Origin: Eledone cirrhosa
Lineage: Eukaryota
Assembly (NCBI GenBank): GCA_964016885.1
Contig: OZ024746.1
Location: 66,402,001-66,466,000 of the forward strand
Reading direction: 5' to 3'
DNA: 64,000 bases
Part shown: positions 44,437 through 58,475 of the stretch, in pieces
How the letters are laid out: every line of letters starts with the position of its first letter
Position numbering within the stretch: the stretch's first letter is position 1
Program-made: the position numbers and the translations under genes
The notes under the pieces: model-generated
Told to the model about the DNA's origin: nothing
Databases searched by the model: none
What the model saw: only the letters and a program-made list of their open reading frames with translations

Positions 44437-46854
44437 TTGTGTGTGTATAGTTATATATATAAATAAATAATTATATATATTTATATATATATATATATAT
44501 ATATGGGATAACAAGTTATCCTTATAGGTAATCCATTTAGAGGTTGTGATCAACGAAACATTTGTCAGTACTTTAAATAAAGCCCTTATTGTACAGCCAC
44601 CCATGTTACTCTTCATTCTTTAACTATATATATATTTATAGAGAGAGAGAGAGAGGCGTGGTGGGGGGGGGGGGGGGGTCAGCATCATTAGGGAAAACAC
44701 AGATTGGTAAGTGTAGGGATGCATATTTGGAGAGGATATTTGGTCATTAGCGGAGATGTTGAGCGTGGTAGAGAGAATAACGAGCGATCAAAAAAGAAAA
44801 ATGAAATATAAAAAGAAATGGCTGACAGAGGAAAGGTTGAGATGTAGAGAAGAAAGAAAAGGAAGAAGTAGGAGGTTGGATAAAGAAAAAATGAAAATGG
44901 AGAGAAATAAATAAATAAATAGAGAGAAGAAATTTGAATGAGAATTAAAAAAAAGAAAAAAATCACATAAAGCAGAAGGCAAATAACGGTGAAGGTGTTG
45001 AAGAATCTAGAATAAAAGTTTGATCGAGTGTTGAATGGCAAAGAAGCACCACCCAAAGATAATGTGAAAATCAATAAAAATGGATAAAGTGGTCATCAAG
45101 GGAAACTTCTTGTGAATCGATGGCGTTTACGATTATATCATGTAAGGTGATGATGATGATGATGATAAATGAATAAAAATCAAAGAGGTGAGGGGTTATC
45201 TATTAATAGAAAATAAAGGAATAAGAATACTAAAGAAACTTCCAAAAGAATTATGGTGCTTTTGATGATATATATACACACACTCATACACAGACATATA
45301 CACATATGTATACATTTTAAAAACAGTTACACTAACAGATTGAACATGACATGTTGTTTTTACACTTCAAAATTAATGCTACTATATAAAGCAGCAAATA
45401 TAGAATTTCATTATTTGGAGTTAACATGTGAATTAAAAAGACTTGCATGACTGAATCAAACAATAATTTCGGGTGAGTATTGATGGGAATATAAAAAAAA
45501 TATGTTTGTAGCAGTTGTATAAGTTAAACTCCACATGAATGAGATGATGTGCACTCAGTAGCAAAATAATGTTGAAACTTAGTAAGATATAAAGAGATTT
45601 AAGCAAATTCTAACAACGTTTGAGAAAACCTATTTTAAAATTTGTTCAGCGAAGTAAGGAAATAAATGAAAATATAAAGAATCAAGAGAGAAAATACTGA
45701 CGTTAGACATCCCCTTATGCGTAGCTCTGTTAATATCTTCACTAATTGCCGTCATATACAGGGCAACATCTACAGAAGGTATCACTTTAAATGTATTTAG
45801 CTCATAATATATATGCTAAAGCTCCTCTGTAGTAAGTCAAATATCATGCAAATACCAGGAGGAGGATTTTCTTAAAATGCCCTTTGAATACGCTACATTT
45901 CTACTCCCTGTAACGAGTTACAGCTTCCTCCGATTGGTATGCGCCTGACCAGCGTGAAAATATTGCTTGCAAATGTAAAGAAATAATTATTTACTATAAA
46001 CCGGACCACTTAGTATATCCATTTCAGCTTATTCTAGACATGGACCTTTTGCCGTTCCTCAAGGAAAATCTTGTCTACTATTCTACCAACCCTTTTCTCA
46101 ATTAAAGCCATTTCCAAATGTATTCACACACGCTTATACACATACATGACCCATAGAAATGTTATCAACCTTATAATTATGAGCATAAACAATCCATTGT
46201 TTATATAAGAATAGCGACAATATCAACACGTTTCGTGTGAATGACACCGTGGAAATGAATTAATTAACCGGTCACTGAAATATGCGAATTTATTCCAAGA
46301 TAATACATTAGAGGTTTCTCTTAGGTTAACACATATAATATTTGTATATTCTGTTACTCGTTGTAGTGCTGCATCAATGGCAAATTCCGCTTGACTTCTG
46401 TGCCACTTTGAACTCTGTTACCAAGCCCGTTAGACACTTTGTTCTATTCCCATATAAAACAATATACATGCAGCCAAAATTTATTTGTAAACTTCCGACA
46501 TACTAAGCTACATTTACCATCTAATTTGAAAGGGTTGTAAGAGCTTTCAACAGATCCCTTCTTTTTAGAATGAAAGGAGAGTCATATTTTTCAATGTATT
46601 ACCTCTGTATTTACTATACTGGCTCTCCTTACTATACTGGCCACTATATCGTCGCTGTGCTTCAGTTAGCATCTACTTAAACCACTTCAACAACTATTGA
46701 TAAGAGTTACGAGCCAGTCAGTAACCCTCAAGATAATCGCTATGGTAGCTAGATATAGAAGCCATGTCACCCTCAAATGGCACACCTTTATTGTAGCTGT
46801 TAAGAAGTGTATTTATGTACAATCTATGTAATATAGACCATACCTTTAAACATA

Positions 46855-47046
46855 TTTGTTTCTACTTTTAGGCACAAGGCCAGCAATTACCCAGTGCATT
46901 ACTGGTACTTTATGTTATCGATCCCATAAGGATGAAAGGCAAAGTTAACCTCGGCGGAATTTGAACTCAGATCATAAAGGGACGTAACTCTATGCTTCAA
47001 AGCATGGTGTCCGACTCTCTACCGATACTGCCAATCCACCGCAATT
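46855..47046 (-). mobile_element. tRNA-derived SINE with 18-bp TSD
   Basis: TSD accatacctttaaacata at 46837-46854 and 47047-47064. Confidence 0.92.
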
Positions 47047-47198
47047 ACCATACCTTTAAACATAATGCTGGGTAAACATAGGAGGAACATAGATGATTTA
47101 AGAATTGTAGGGACTAGGTTAAGGCAGGTAATGTGTATTTCTGGATGATACCACGGCTATGATTGGCTAAATTCAGCAAATATCCCCCCCCCCCCCGA

Positions 47199-47258
<60 letters not shown>

Positions 47259-48824
47259 TTATCCTATGTTATTAGTTCAGTAATGATGAACATCAAACAT
47301 TAATGTCGTCTGATGTGACAATATGACCTTCTCTAAATAAATATAAAAAAATATTATTATCTTTAAAAATGGCTCTTTGCAAGGTGAACAAATGTCATTC
47401 ATTCATACTTTGAGAAACATTCTAAGGTGAAATGTATAAATTATCATATACATTTGCATGCAGATAATTATATTCAATATAACAAAATTGTATTCTAACC
47501 CTCGGGATCCATTTTTCCGTCTTCTACGTTTGTTAAACAAAAATTATAATAATGCTTTATTCTTTAATAAATCTAAAATGTTACATAGTTTTATATGGTA
47601 TAAACATGCAATCTCAATGTGTGAATTGACATAGTCGACAAGTTAAATGTCCCAGTGGCAAAGAACACAATAATATTTGAGTTATGACTTGTGCGTTCAC
47701 CAGACGATCCATGAAAGATATATCTGTGAATTGTGCTAATGCAATTCCCAGTCTTTCAAATTATTATCCTGTCTCACAAACAAAAAATAAATCCATATTC
47801 AGAATGTCGTTCTTTAGTTGATTTGAGGAACATAGTATTCATTTTACAGAGAAATGATATCAATAACATTGATTGTTTATAACAACAGATACATTTCACT
47901 GCTGTCAATTAACTATTAAGAGAAAAACATATTAATTATTCATAAAATTTTTTCGAAGTTGAATATTGGATGGAGAACAAATTTGATCCATCCAACAAAA
48001 CTATGCAACTAAATTATGTAAACACTTAAATTCTTGTCATTACGTTTTAGCATGAAACCCTACTGAAATGACTTTTTAAATGTACAACTATTGTGTCAAT
48101 GAGATAAGACAATTGCCGCTGAATTCAGTTTCAGTTAAGCTCTGATTGAAAGATGATATTATCAAAGGTGTTCCGACTCTGATAAATCATTCTTAAATAT
48201 AAACCTTACGAATTGCGTCCAGCCATTTGAAGATTTAAGATTTGAATATATGTTAATTTTAACACATAAACTGTCCGTTTTGATGCACCTATATTGGCCA
48301 GAATCTGTAATCAAGATTAAGATAAAAACATTTCGAACTAACGCCTTGTGTTTAGTCAAATGCAACCCTTCCATTCACAAAACATGGCTCAGATGGATAT
48401 TACAATTTCTTGAATATGCCATATACTATTTATGTATCTGGTGCAAGAATTGCCAGAGGGTAGGTCATCAATTTTAATCATTAATTCACCGAATAATATT
48501 AGAGAATCGGAAATCGTAGCACTAAATGTTATGTCGTACATGATTTAGTAAAAGCAGTTAATGCCATGAGTTCAAATAGTGTCAGAGTTGACATAGGCTA
48601 ATGTGTGTGTGAATGATATATCACATATGAGTCTTAGGCATATATCATAGACGATACCAATCAATGATGGTGGTAGCCGTTTAACTGTCATTCAATCAAA
48701 ACAAAATCAGCACTAACAAAAAATGGAAAATACAAGAAATTATACGTAAAATATGTGTGTGTATTAAACTAATATATTTCAGCATTGCACTGTATTGTTT
48801 GCTTTGTTTTTTTCCCGATTATTT

Positions 48825-48915
<91 letters not shown>

Positions 48916-48949
48916 CACACACACACACACACATATATATGTGTATATA

Positions 48950-49018
<69 letters not shown>

Positions 49019-51004
49019 TGTTATATTTGGGGAGGGTCATATTTGCGTAATATTGCCAGAATTAATAACAGAACACACTCACTGTTTGGTTGGTTTTCGC
49101 TTCTCGCTGTCTTTTATATCTGCGATCTAACTTACTCGGTCCTCAATGTTGCCATTATTTATATATTTATATATTTATATATATATATACATATACACAC
49201 ATATATAGGTATATACACACACATACACACACACATACACACACACACACATATACACGCACACACACACACACATAGATATATATATGTATATGTGTGT
49301 GTGTGTGTGCGTGTCTGTGTGTGTCTGTGTGTGTTTGTGTAAAGATTGGGCGTGTGCGATGGGCGTGATAATATATTAATTTTAATATATTCCAAGTTTA
49401 CATTTTATTCCTCATATGACCACCTCTTCTTTGAATTATTTCAGCTTTAAATCATATATTGAGAACGGATACAATTTTAAAATTTAAAACTGGATACGTA
49501 TAAAATAATTTGCCTAAGTTTTGTCCTCTGAATTATGTCTTCATTTCCATGCATTGGAATTCTGATCCAAACCATCAAAAGCACTTTACATATCTTATAT
49601 TTCTAAATAATCTTAGCAATAACACAAGGAGCTCTGATCTGTCATTCAAGACTACTTAATATATCCTGTAAGTGCTTTACTCCTTTATCCATGTTCTTGG
49701 CACACACTATATATTTATACAACAATTAATAGCCTACTAACTGGCATGGCTTCATAGGCTCACAATCGTTGATCAATAAACATTTTAAAAACCTATATAC
49801 TTGTTTTCTTGCTATTATCGTTGTTAGCTGCAGCTAAGTATTAATACTTGATGCTACAAACAAGTTTAGCCAGCTACAGGGGAGAAAACGCACGCAATGC
49901 GATGCGTTATCAATTATGTTTGCATTATCAGATTTTCACAGAAATAGCACCAAAGATGTTTATAGCCTATTGGCTGGTAATCAAAGGATTTATATAATCG
50001 ATTAGAGCTATGTAAATTGATCGACCAGTCACTCTCTGTACTAAAAGCAAGTACTATTCTTCAGTCTGAGAAAGAAATAAGCTTCTCAATGCGACAACAT
50101 TCAATTAACAAATCAACATCAATAAATGCAAAAACATTGCATTTTAAAGATTATAAATTAAACTGATTTTACTACAAATCATTTGTGTTATGTAGGATTA
50201 CCAATTTTCAGTAAGTTGACAGAGGATTTAAGTGAAATTATATCACTGAAAATGAACCGATTGGATACGCATTCATTATTATTATTAATATTTTTTTTTT
50301 TTAAGAAAAGGAAATATTTGATGTTATTATGTTTTACTAGTTGTGCATATATCCGCTATTCAATAAAATAAATAGTTAACACAAACCTCGATAAAACATA
50401 ACAGCTACATGTAAAATCATATTAGCAATAATTTTGAATATATTTGTATCTGTTTGCAGGTGTACACACACATCTGTTTATATATTATTGGAACAATGTG
50501 ACACTTATCACCAAATCATCACAAAGCTTGATAGGTAAAATTTGCGCGAACTTGAATGTCCGAAACAAGAAAGAATGTATATTTGCGTGTTAGTGAGAGA
50601 TAATACGAGCGCGTGTCTATATGTGAGTCATTTAAATCAGTCAATACGCATTGAAAAATCAAAAGGCAAATTGAACAACAGTATAGACGCAGGTGTTATT
50701 ACGTGTTTATTTATGTTGCTAAACATAAAAATCACCACTGCTTTACAAACCACAGTTATATGTTTTGTGTCACGTCGGTGTTTCAGACTCACAGTTTTGT
50801 TTGTAATAAAAAAAGTCATGAGGATGGTGGGTTGTCAGAATTGGTAATGTTTAGGATAAAATGTCATCACACTAGTTGTTCTGGTACTTTACATCCCACG
50901 TTCAAATCCTGACAGGTTCATATTTATCTTCCACCCTTCAGGGGTCGATAAGATAAAGTACCGTTCAAGTGGGTGCTGATATAATTAGATACACACACAC
51001 CCAG

Positions 51005-51048
<44 letters not shown>

Positions 51049-51120
51049 GTCCGTGATCTCCAGTAGACAACTGATGAAGGGAAATTATCCCCCCTTCGTG
51101 CTTTCTTGTTATTTATATAC

Positions 51121-51170
<50 letters not shown>

Positions 51171-51408
51171 ATAAATATTTATACTCTGCTTTGTATTGAG
51201 TACCTTACTTACTGTGGTTACGCTTGATTGACACACACACACACACACACACATACATATGTGTGCGTGTGTGTGTATGTGTGAGTATCCTGGGTTCAAT
51301 CAAGCGTAACCACAGTAAGTAAGGTACTCAATACAAAGCAGAGTATACATATTTAATATAGAAATGGCTTCTACAGGACTGGAACTGTTTCATTAGAAGG
51401 GAATCATC

Positions 51409-51516
<108 letters not shown>

Positions 51517-51525
51517 TATAGAATG

Positions 51526-51576
51526 AACTTCTACAGGACTAGTACTGTTTCATTCAGATGAAATCTTCAGGAAGCT
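51526..51576 (-). ncRNA. Type I hammerhead ribozyme (family E)
   Basis: Reverse complement: agcttc-CTGAAGA-t.ttc-atct-gaa.t-GAA-ACAG-tactagtc-CTGT-A-gaagtt. Degenerate copies at 53830-53874(+) and ~51365-51410(-). Confidence 0.8.
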
Positions 51577-51635
51577 GGGTGTCATATTGAGTACCTTACT
51601 TACTGTGGTTATCCCCGACTCAACCCGGGACCTAC

Positions 51636-51672
<37 letters not shown>

Positions 51673-51676
<4 letters not shown>

Positions 51677-52735
51677 GAAGGAAGTGTGGTAAGGAACCAG
51701 ATGGACCATAACGCACCAGAGTACTCAATACTTAGTGTAGTAGAGTGGGTAATAGGAAAATGTTTAACCCCGACGGCAGATCTTAAGCCGTTTCCAGTGC
51801 TATTTCTGGACTAAATTAGAATTTTTAGCGTGGCAATAAATAGCCGAACTTTTCAAAGGGTAATTTATGTTCGGAGGAAACAATACAAATGCTGTTTACG
51901 AAGGACAGATCCTAAACACATAAAAAAAGACGTACTTGTAACTGCATGTTAACACCGATTGCATAGGACTTACTTCGCCCTCAACCCCCTCATGACCAGG
52001 TGGGTAGAAAATGGCTGCAACATTATTCTTTTCCCCACTTGCCGAACAAGATAGGGGAAACGCCATCATACATCGGTAGATGAACTTCTTTTCTTTTTCC
52101 CATATCTTTTCTTTTCACTTCCTTCCACTCCCTCTCCTCTTTCTTTTCCTTTTTCCTCTTTCGTCTACCCTGAGGCAGCCCATCGTGCTTTTGTAGCCTC
52201 AGTACCCCCACCCCTGTAAATTCTATATAGCATTGGCTGAAAACGCAATATCAGCTAAAAATATAGCAGCTGCTTCAGACTCTAGAGATTTTTTATTATG
52301 TTTACTATTTAATTTTTTTTATTAATTTTTTTTATTTATTATCTTTTAATCTCAATTTATTAACCATTTAATTTTATAATGTCCCACTCTCAAATTCCCC
52401 CAGAATTCTTTTTCGCCTGCTTTCTACCTACCCTAATTTCATACACACTCCTTAGAATTTGCTGTATAGAATTCACTTTCAACGCTTGACCGGCTCTACC
52501 CACTCCCTCCTACTCCTACAAGCAAGTTAAGCCACCCCCACCCCCACCTACCGCCATGAAAGACTTAATTGTGTTTACAAGAAATTTTGACCAATCCTTT
52601 TCACAACTTCAATCTTCCCATATAAGGAATTGCCCATTGAAAATTCGGCTCTTTATTACCACGCTAAAAATTCTAATTTAGTCCACAAATAGCCGTCGAA
52701 GCGGCTTGTGCTCTGCCGTTGGTGTTAAACATTTT

Positions 52736-52740
<5 letters not shown>
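51673..52740. mobile_element. Family C element: inverted HHR-bearing termini plus ~80-bp left tail
   Basis: ~51753-51861 is inverted relative to ~52633-52740. HHR with TTGAAAA core at 51767-51861(-). Confidence 0.8.
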
Positions 52741-52772
<32 letters not shown>

Positions 52773-52776
<4 letters not shown>

Positions 52777-53396
52777 CGAAGTGTGGTAAGGAACCAGGTG
52801 GACGATAACGCACGAGAGTACTCAATACATTCGGTAGTAGAGTGGGTAATAGGAAAAAGTTCAAGACCCCGATGGCTGATCTCAAGCCTTTTCGACGGCG
52901 ATTTCTGCACTAAATTAGATTTTTAGCATGATAATAAATAGCCAAACTTTTCAAGGGGTAATTCCATATATGGCCGCGCGATAATCATACATTTCTGAAG
53001 ATTGTAGTTATATATAACTTCTCATTCTCAGATTCCTATAGAATTCTTTTTTCGCCTGCTTTCTAGCTAGCCTAATTCATCCACACTACTTAGAATTTGC
53101 TGTATAGAATTCACTTTCGACGCTTGACCGGCTTAACCCACTCCCTCTTTATTCTAGAGGCAAGTTCAGCCCCCCACCCCCACCCTCATGAAACAATAAA
53201 TTGTGTTTACAAGAAATGTTGACCAAACCTTTTGACAACTACAATCTTCAGAAATGCATGATTATCGCAGGGCCATATATGGAATTAGCCCTTGAAAAGT
53301 TCGGCTATTTATTACCACGCTAAAAATCTAATTTAGTCCAGAAATAGTCGTCCAAACGGCTTAAGCTCTGCCGTCGGGGTCTTGAAGGATTTCCTA
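52773..53396. mobile_element. Second family C element
   Basis: Same layout; HHRs at 52866-52959(-) and 53289-53379(+). Consensus acccc-TTGAAAA-[ggctattt/aaatagcc]-GAA-ACGGC..GCCGT-C-ggggt. Confidence 0.8.
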
Positions 53397-53408
53397 TATA
53401 TATATGTG

Positions 53409-53523
<115 letters not shown>

Positions 53524-53877
53524 ATGTGTGTATGTGTTTGTGTGTGATTGTAAACACCTAACCATTTGCAGATTTGACCATCCTTTAACAGAGCATGTTA
53601 ATACAGCCACTTTATGAAAACCCTTTGTTTGCTTAGAATAAATGAACCTTGAAAATTAGGCGTGCCTGCATTTTTATCATTCTCCATCACTATGAATTTT
53701 TCTCTAAATATTGTTTTTTTCAAAGAATCTCCATTCTTTTAAATCTATGAGCCAATATCCTCCACCGATCCCAATCACCAACTTCCCCTACCAACAGAAA
53801 ATACCACCGTATCCCATTGACAGTCGGCATTCCTGACGATTTCCATCGAATAAAACAGTTCTAGTCCTGTAGAAACA

Positions 53878-53914
<37 letters not shown>

Positions 53915-54535
53915 ATGCAAACTCTGCTAACAGTATTGCAATCGCTTGTCAGATTACAGAAAATGGTGCACTTATAGGCTACGGAGAGCCATACGAACCT
54001 GTAAGATCCTGAACAAGCAATGCCTGTCCTTCGAAGATTTTTTCAACTGGTGAAAGGTCTTGCACTCCACCAATCCCACATTCTCAGCATCGAAAACACT
54101 ACTCGAAAAGGAGAATTAGTCAATATCGGATGCTTACAAACCCGCAGGTTCTTTTTCAGAGCTTCCCTTTTTTAGAAAGGTGATGTGACAACAACTGGGG
54201 GCCTTTCACTCTCAGGTGAAAAAAAAAAGTACTATTGGGATGGCCATTGACTCTTTTGAGTTCCGCCGCACTTTGCCGGGTCTTGTATTTCAGCCCGCAA
54301 CGTGTTCAAATAGCCCCCCCCCCCCCCCCCTCAACAAGCAAGTTAGGTGGAGTTGCCAGAGTCTAGTCGCCAACGACCCGACCACGAGAGAGGTTGTACT
54401 AGGTTACCTGTTACCATTAGCACTAGAGAGTGCCCTGACATATTTGCTCCATGGTTCTTATGTATTTGATATACATTTATCCTTATCGAGCACTCTTTGG
54501 TTTTTATCTTCAAAGTTATTATTATTATTATACAC

Positions 54536-54566
<31 letters not shown>

Positions 54567-54578
54567 CATATATACATA

Positions 54579-54855
<277 letters not shown>

Positions 54856-54946
54856 GTGTATATACGTATATATATATATATATATATATATAAACGGAAA
54901 AAATGAAACGAAATTTCATTTCTCACTCTTAGTACGTATACATACT

Positions 54947-55093
<147 letters not shown>

Positions 55094-55550
55094 GTATGTA
55101 TATGGGTTCAAACAAGTTTTGTATAACAAAGGAAGAGCACTCCATAATATGAACACAGATAGATTTTTCTTTGCTTCTATGCATGTCAAGGCATGCTCCA
55201 TAGGCTTTCGATAAAAATGAACGGGAAAATTATGTTGCGTTATTACAGAAAATAAACAAAATCCGCCCCTAAATCTTGTATATTATCAAATATTATATGA
55301 CATAACAGACACACGCACGCAGAAACACTCTAGAACCTACTGTCTCACATACACATACTTATAAATATATGTATGTATGAACATATTCAAGCGTAGCACG
55401 TTCAGAAAGGGTAAGTAACCTGTTTTGACACGATTCACTAGTTTATATATATATATAATATATATATGTTTAATGGTAGCTAAGATGCTTCCATAGGCGG
55501 TATGCCGGTTGACCACTCTATGCTCCTCCGGAGCAGAGTACAGTCGAGTA

Positions 55551-56383
55551 CAGTCGAGTCCGCTTAAGAGTATATCGGATAAGAGTATAGGCCGCTTAAG
55601 AGTATAGCATAATCAATTCCCGAATTTATGTAATATGTTTTGTACAATGCATGGGTCGCTTAAGAGTATATCTGATAAGAGTATAGTTCGCATAAGGGTA
55701 TAGCATAATCAATTCCCGTTTATATATTTTCTATATAATTTAGTCCGAATAAGAGAATAATGAATACGGTAAAGTAAATTGGGCTTATAATGTAACATAA
55801 CCATTTTAAAACAATTCAAAATGATCATAGAAGAGGAGGAAGAAGGTGATTATATTGAAACCGAATTAACTAGAAAGGTTAGTATGTATTATTTTTATAT
55901 TTACAATATGAATGTCCATAGGTACCTAACATAACTTTAATCATTTATCAATATATTTTAGATCTCTGGAAAAGAAGGAACGCTTTGTTCACTGTACGGT
56001 CCTATATGATGCAATCAGTTGAACATTTTGAAAATTATACTCTGTCTGAGATCGAGGAATACATTGAAAAAAAAATTGCGAGCAATGGAGTGCAAAAAAG
56101 CATTTTGGACTATTTTTAGGAAATAAAAATTGCATACTAATATGTTGAAATACTGCTTAATTTATCTATAATTTGCAATAAGTCTTGTTGAATTTGTTGG
56201 TGTAACTTTCTTTTTTTTAACTTATAAATGCATTTTAAAAGATAATAAAGCGATTTCTAATCATTGAAAAACTCAAAATAATAATACTATGGAATATTTT
56301 TACTTAGTCCGGATAAGAGTATAGTCCGGTTAAGAGTATACTATTTTCCATTCCTGAGGGTATACTCTTAAGCGGACTCGATG
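55551..56383 (+). mobile_element. Non-autonomous pogo/Tigger-like DNA transposon
   Basis: TA|cagtcgagtccgcttaagagtata ... tatactcttaagcggactcgatg|TA TIRs with TA TSD; subterminal taagagtata repeats; remnant ends QKSILDYF*. Confidence 0.8.
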
Positions 56384-56390
56384 TATTATA

Positions 56391-57050
56391 GAATGGAAAA
56401 CGAAAAATCAGTGATGTATCGGAACTCAATGTATTGTATGTTACAATAGCTGGAGGTGCAATCTCTGTGTGGATCTACCTGACTCTAGACTCGCAGATAA
56501 CTCGGACACGTCTATTGATTTCTGAGCAAATCCTCTTTCCGGTGTTTTCTGGCCCTACAAGCCTATATCGTCCACTTTCACCCGCTTTCCGCCTCCTTGG
56601 GTTGGTCACTGGTTATTGACGTCATCATAATTCTGACCACATGTAGCAGCCCGCTTACCGCCAAGGCGTGAGCTGTCACTCACCCACTGTCCCATCGGTA
56701 AAATTACTGCTGTTTGTAAGCTCATACCCCCACTCGCACACACACACTGACAGATACATACAGAGTAGCTTGTGTGCTTGCGTTAACACACAGAAATAGT
56801 CACACAAATATACGCATACATGCACACAGAGAAACACACACGCACACACGCGCGTGTATATACGCATGCATATACACACACACATACACGAACCCGTATA
56901 TATACATGCACACACACACACGTACGCATCCGTACATATGCATACACATACACTCACAGATATATAGATATATATACACATACATACATTTACGTACATA
57001 CATATGCACATATGTACTTACATATGCATCCATAGACACATACACACACA
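56391..57050 (-). mobile_element. Left arm of a large diverged inverted repeat (partner of 62870-63549)
   Basis: aatggaaaacgaaaaatcagtgatgtatcggaa... is the reverse complement of the sequence ending near 63549. Confidence 0.8.
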
Positions 57051-57084
57051 CAAGCACCCAGCCCACACTTTAAAGTGGACGTGT

Positions 57085-57300
57085 AGGCGCCACGGAAAAA
57101 AGCACCTAGCACTCACTGTAAATGAGGTTGGTGTTAGGAAGGGCATCCAGCTGTAGAAATCAAGCCAAAATCAGTTCCTGTATGAGCAAGACAAGGTCAG
57201 CCGACCGGACACTGCCCACAACAGGACAACCCGTCTAACCCATGCTAGCATGGAAGAACGAACGTAAAACGGTGATGGTGATGATGATGATGATGATGAT
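57085..57300 (+). mobile_element. SINE 3' part with RTE-like tail and (GAT)n end
   Basis: ggttggtgttaggaagggcatccagctgtagaaa...aacccatgctagcatggaa...gatgatgat. Confidence 0.7.
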
Positions 57301-58475
57301 ATATAGCCACCACACGCCCACACACACGTATGCACACTGCATGCAATTACTATATACGGTCTGGGCATACCCTTTACATTAATACCATGAGCTCCCCATA
57401 TGTATCCCTGGCTCGAGGTGTCTATACGTGGATCTATCCACGTTGGCAGCATGATATCAACTCCCTCTCTGCATGTACAACCCAATGTGTATCTTTATAT
57501 GCAATTCTTACATGTATTTTTTGTATTTTTTGTATATTTTTTTTATGTGTGTGTAGATGTGTACATATGTGTAAGAATATATGTGCGAGTCAGTGTGCGT
57601 GTGTATGCACACGTGCATGGGGAAAAATGTATTAGGGTATGTGAGTGTGTATATATTTATCCGGCCAAAATGGCGGCAAGGAAGGTCGCTTGACCACGTC
57701 TTGACCAAACAAAATATAATATTTTCACCAAAAACTGCCCTTTATACACGTCAGATGGATTACAATATTCATTATTACAGTTTCTTTGACTGTTCCCTGG
57801 CAACTAGTACCAGTTTCAACATAGAATTATTTTAACGAAGTATATTTAATTTGACTTGATTTTCGCCAACAAACCACGTGTGGACATAGACAGGGGAAAA
57901 GAAAAAAAAAACAAATCACTACATCCCTTAGGTATCGCAGTAAGTACTCCACAAAACATATAAACAACAATATACACACAGATTTATATACAGATACATA
58001 CCACATGCATATACACACAAGTGAAAAGAAATCACACTATTTCGTGTGAGGCGCTATACCGGCCAATCTTACGTACATTTGTAAAATATCTCTGGACATT
58101 GACTTCACTTCTAACCCACATACACCTTTTAATTATATATATATATACTAGCAGCTGAAAGTTAATAATTGAAAAATATTACTGAAAGTTTATTATAAAG
58201 AAGCAGTATCATGAAAAAAACGTTATTTCGCTGTTAATAAACTGTTGCCTTCTACAGTACGTTTCATTTAACTTACGCAGCATATTTATTTGTTTACATG
58301 CACAAACTCTTTTGTACACACACACACACAACATTTAGGAAAACGGAAACAAAATACACAAAAAAAAACAAAAACAAAAAACAAACATTTTATTTATATC
58401 GTAATCAAGTGCGCTAAACCTATATGGTTTACATTCTGTGTTTTTCTACGGAGGAGCAGAAATAACAAAATTGCC

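Noticed and set aside
55551-55715. Repeat-spacer pattern resembling a CRISPR array
   Set aside because: These are short subterminal transposon repeats in eukaryotic DNA, with no cas genes.
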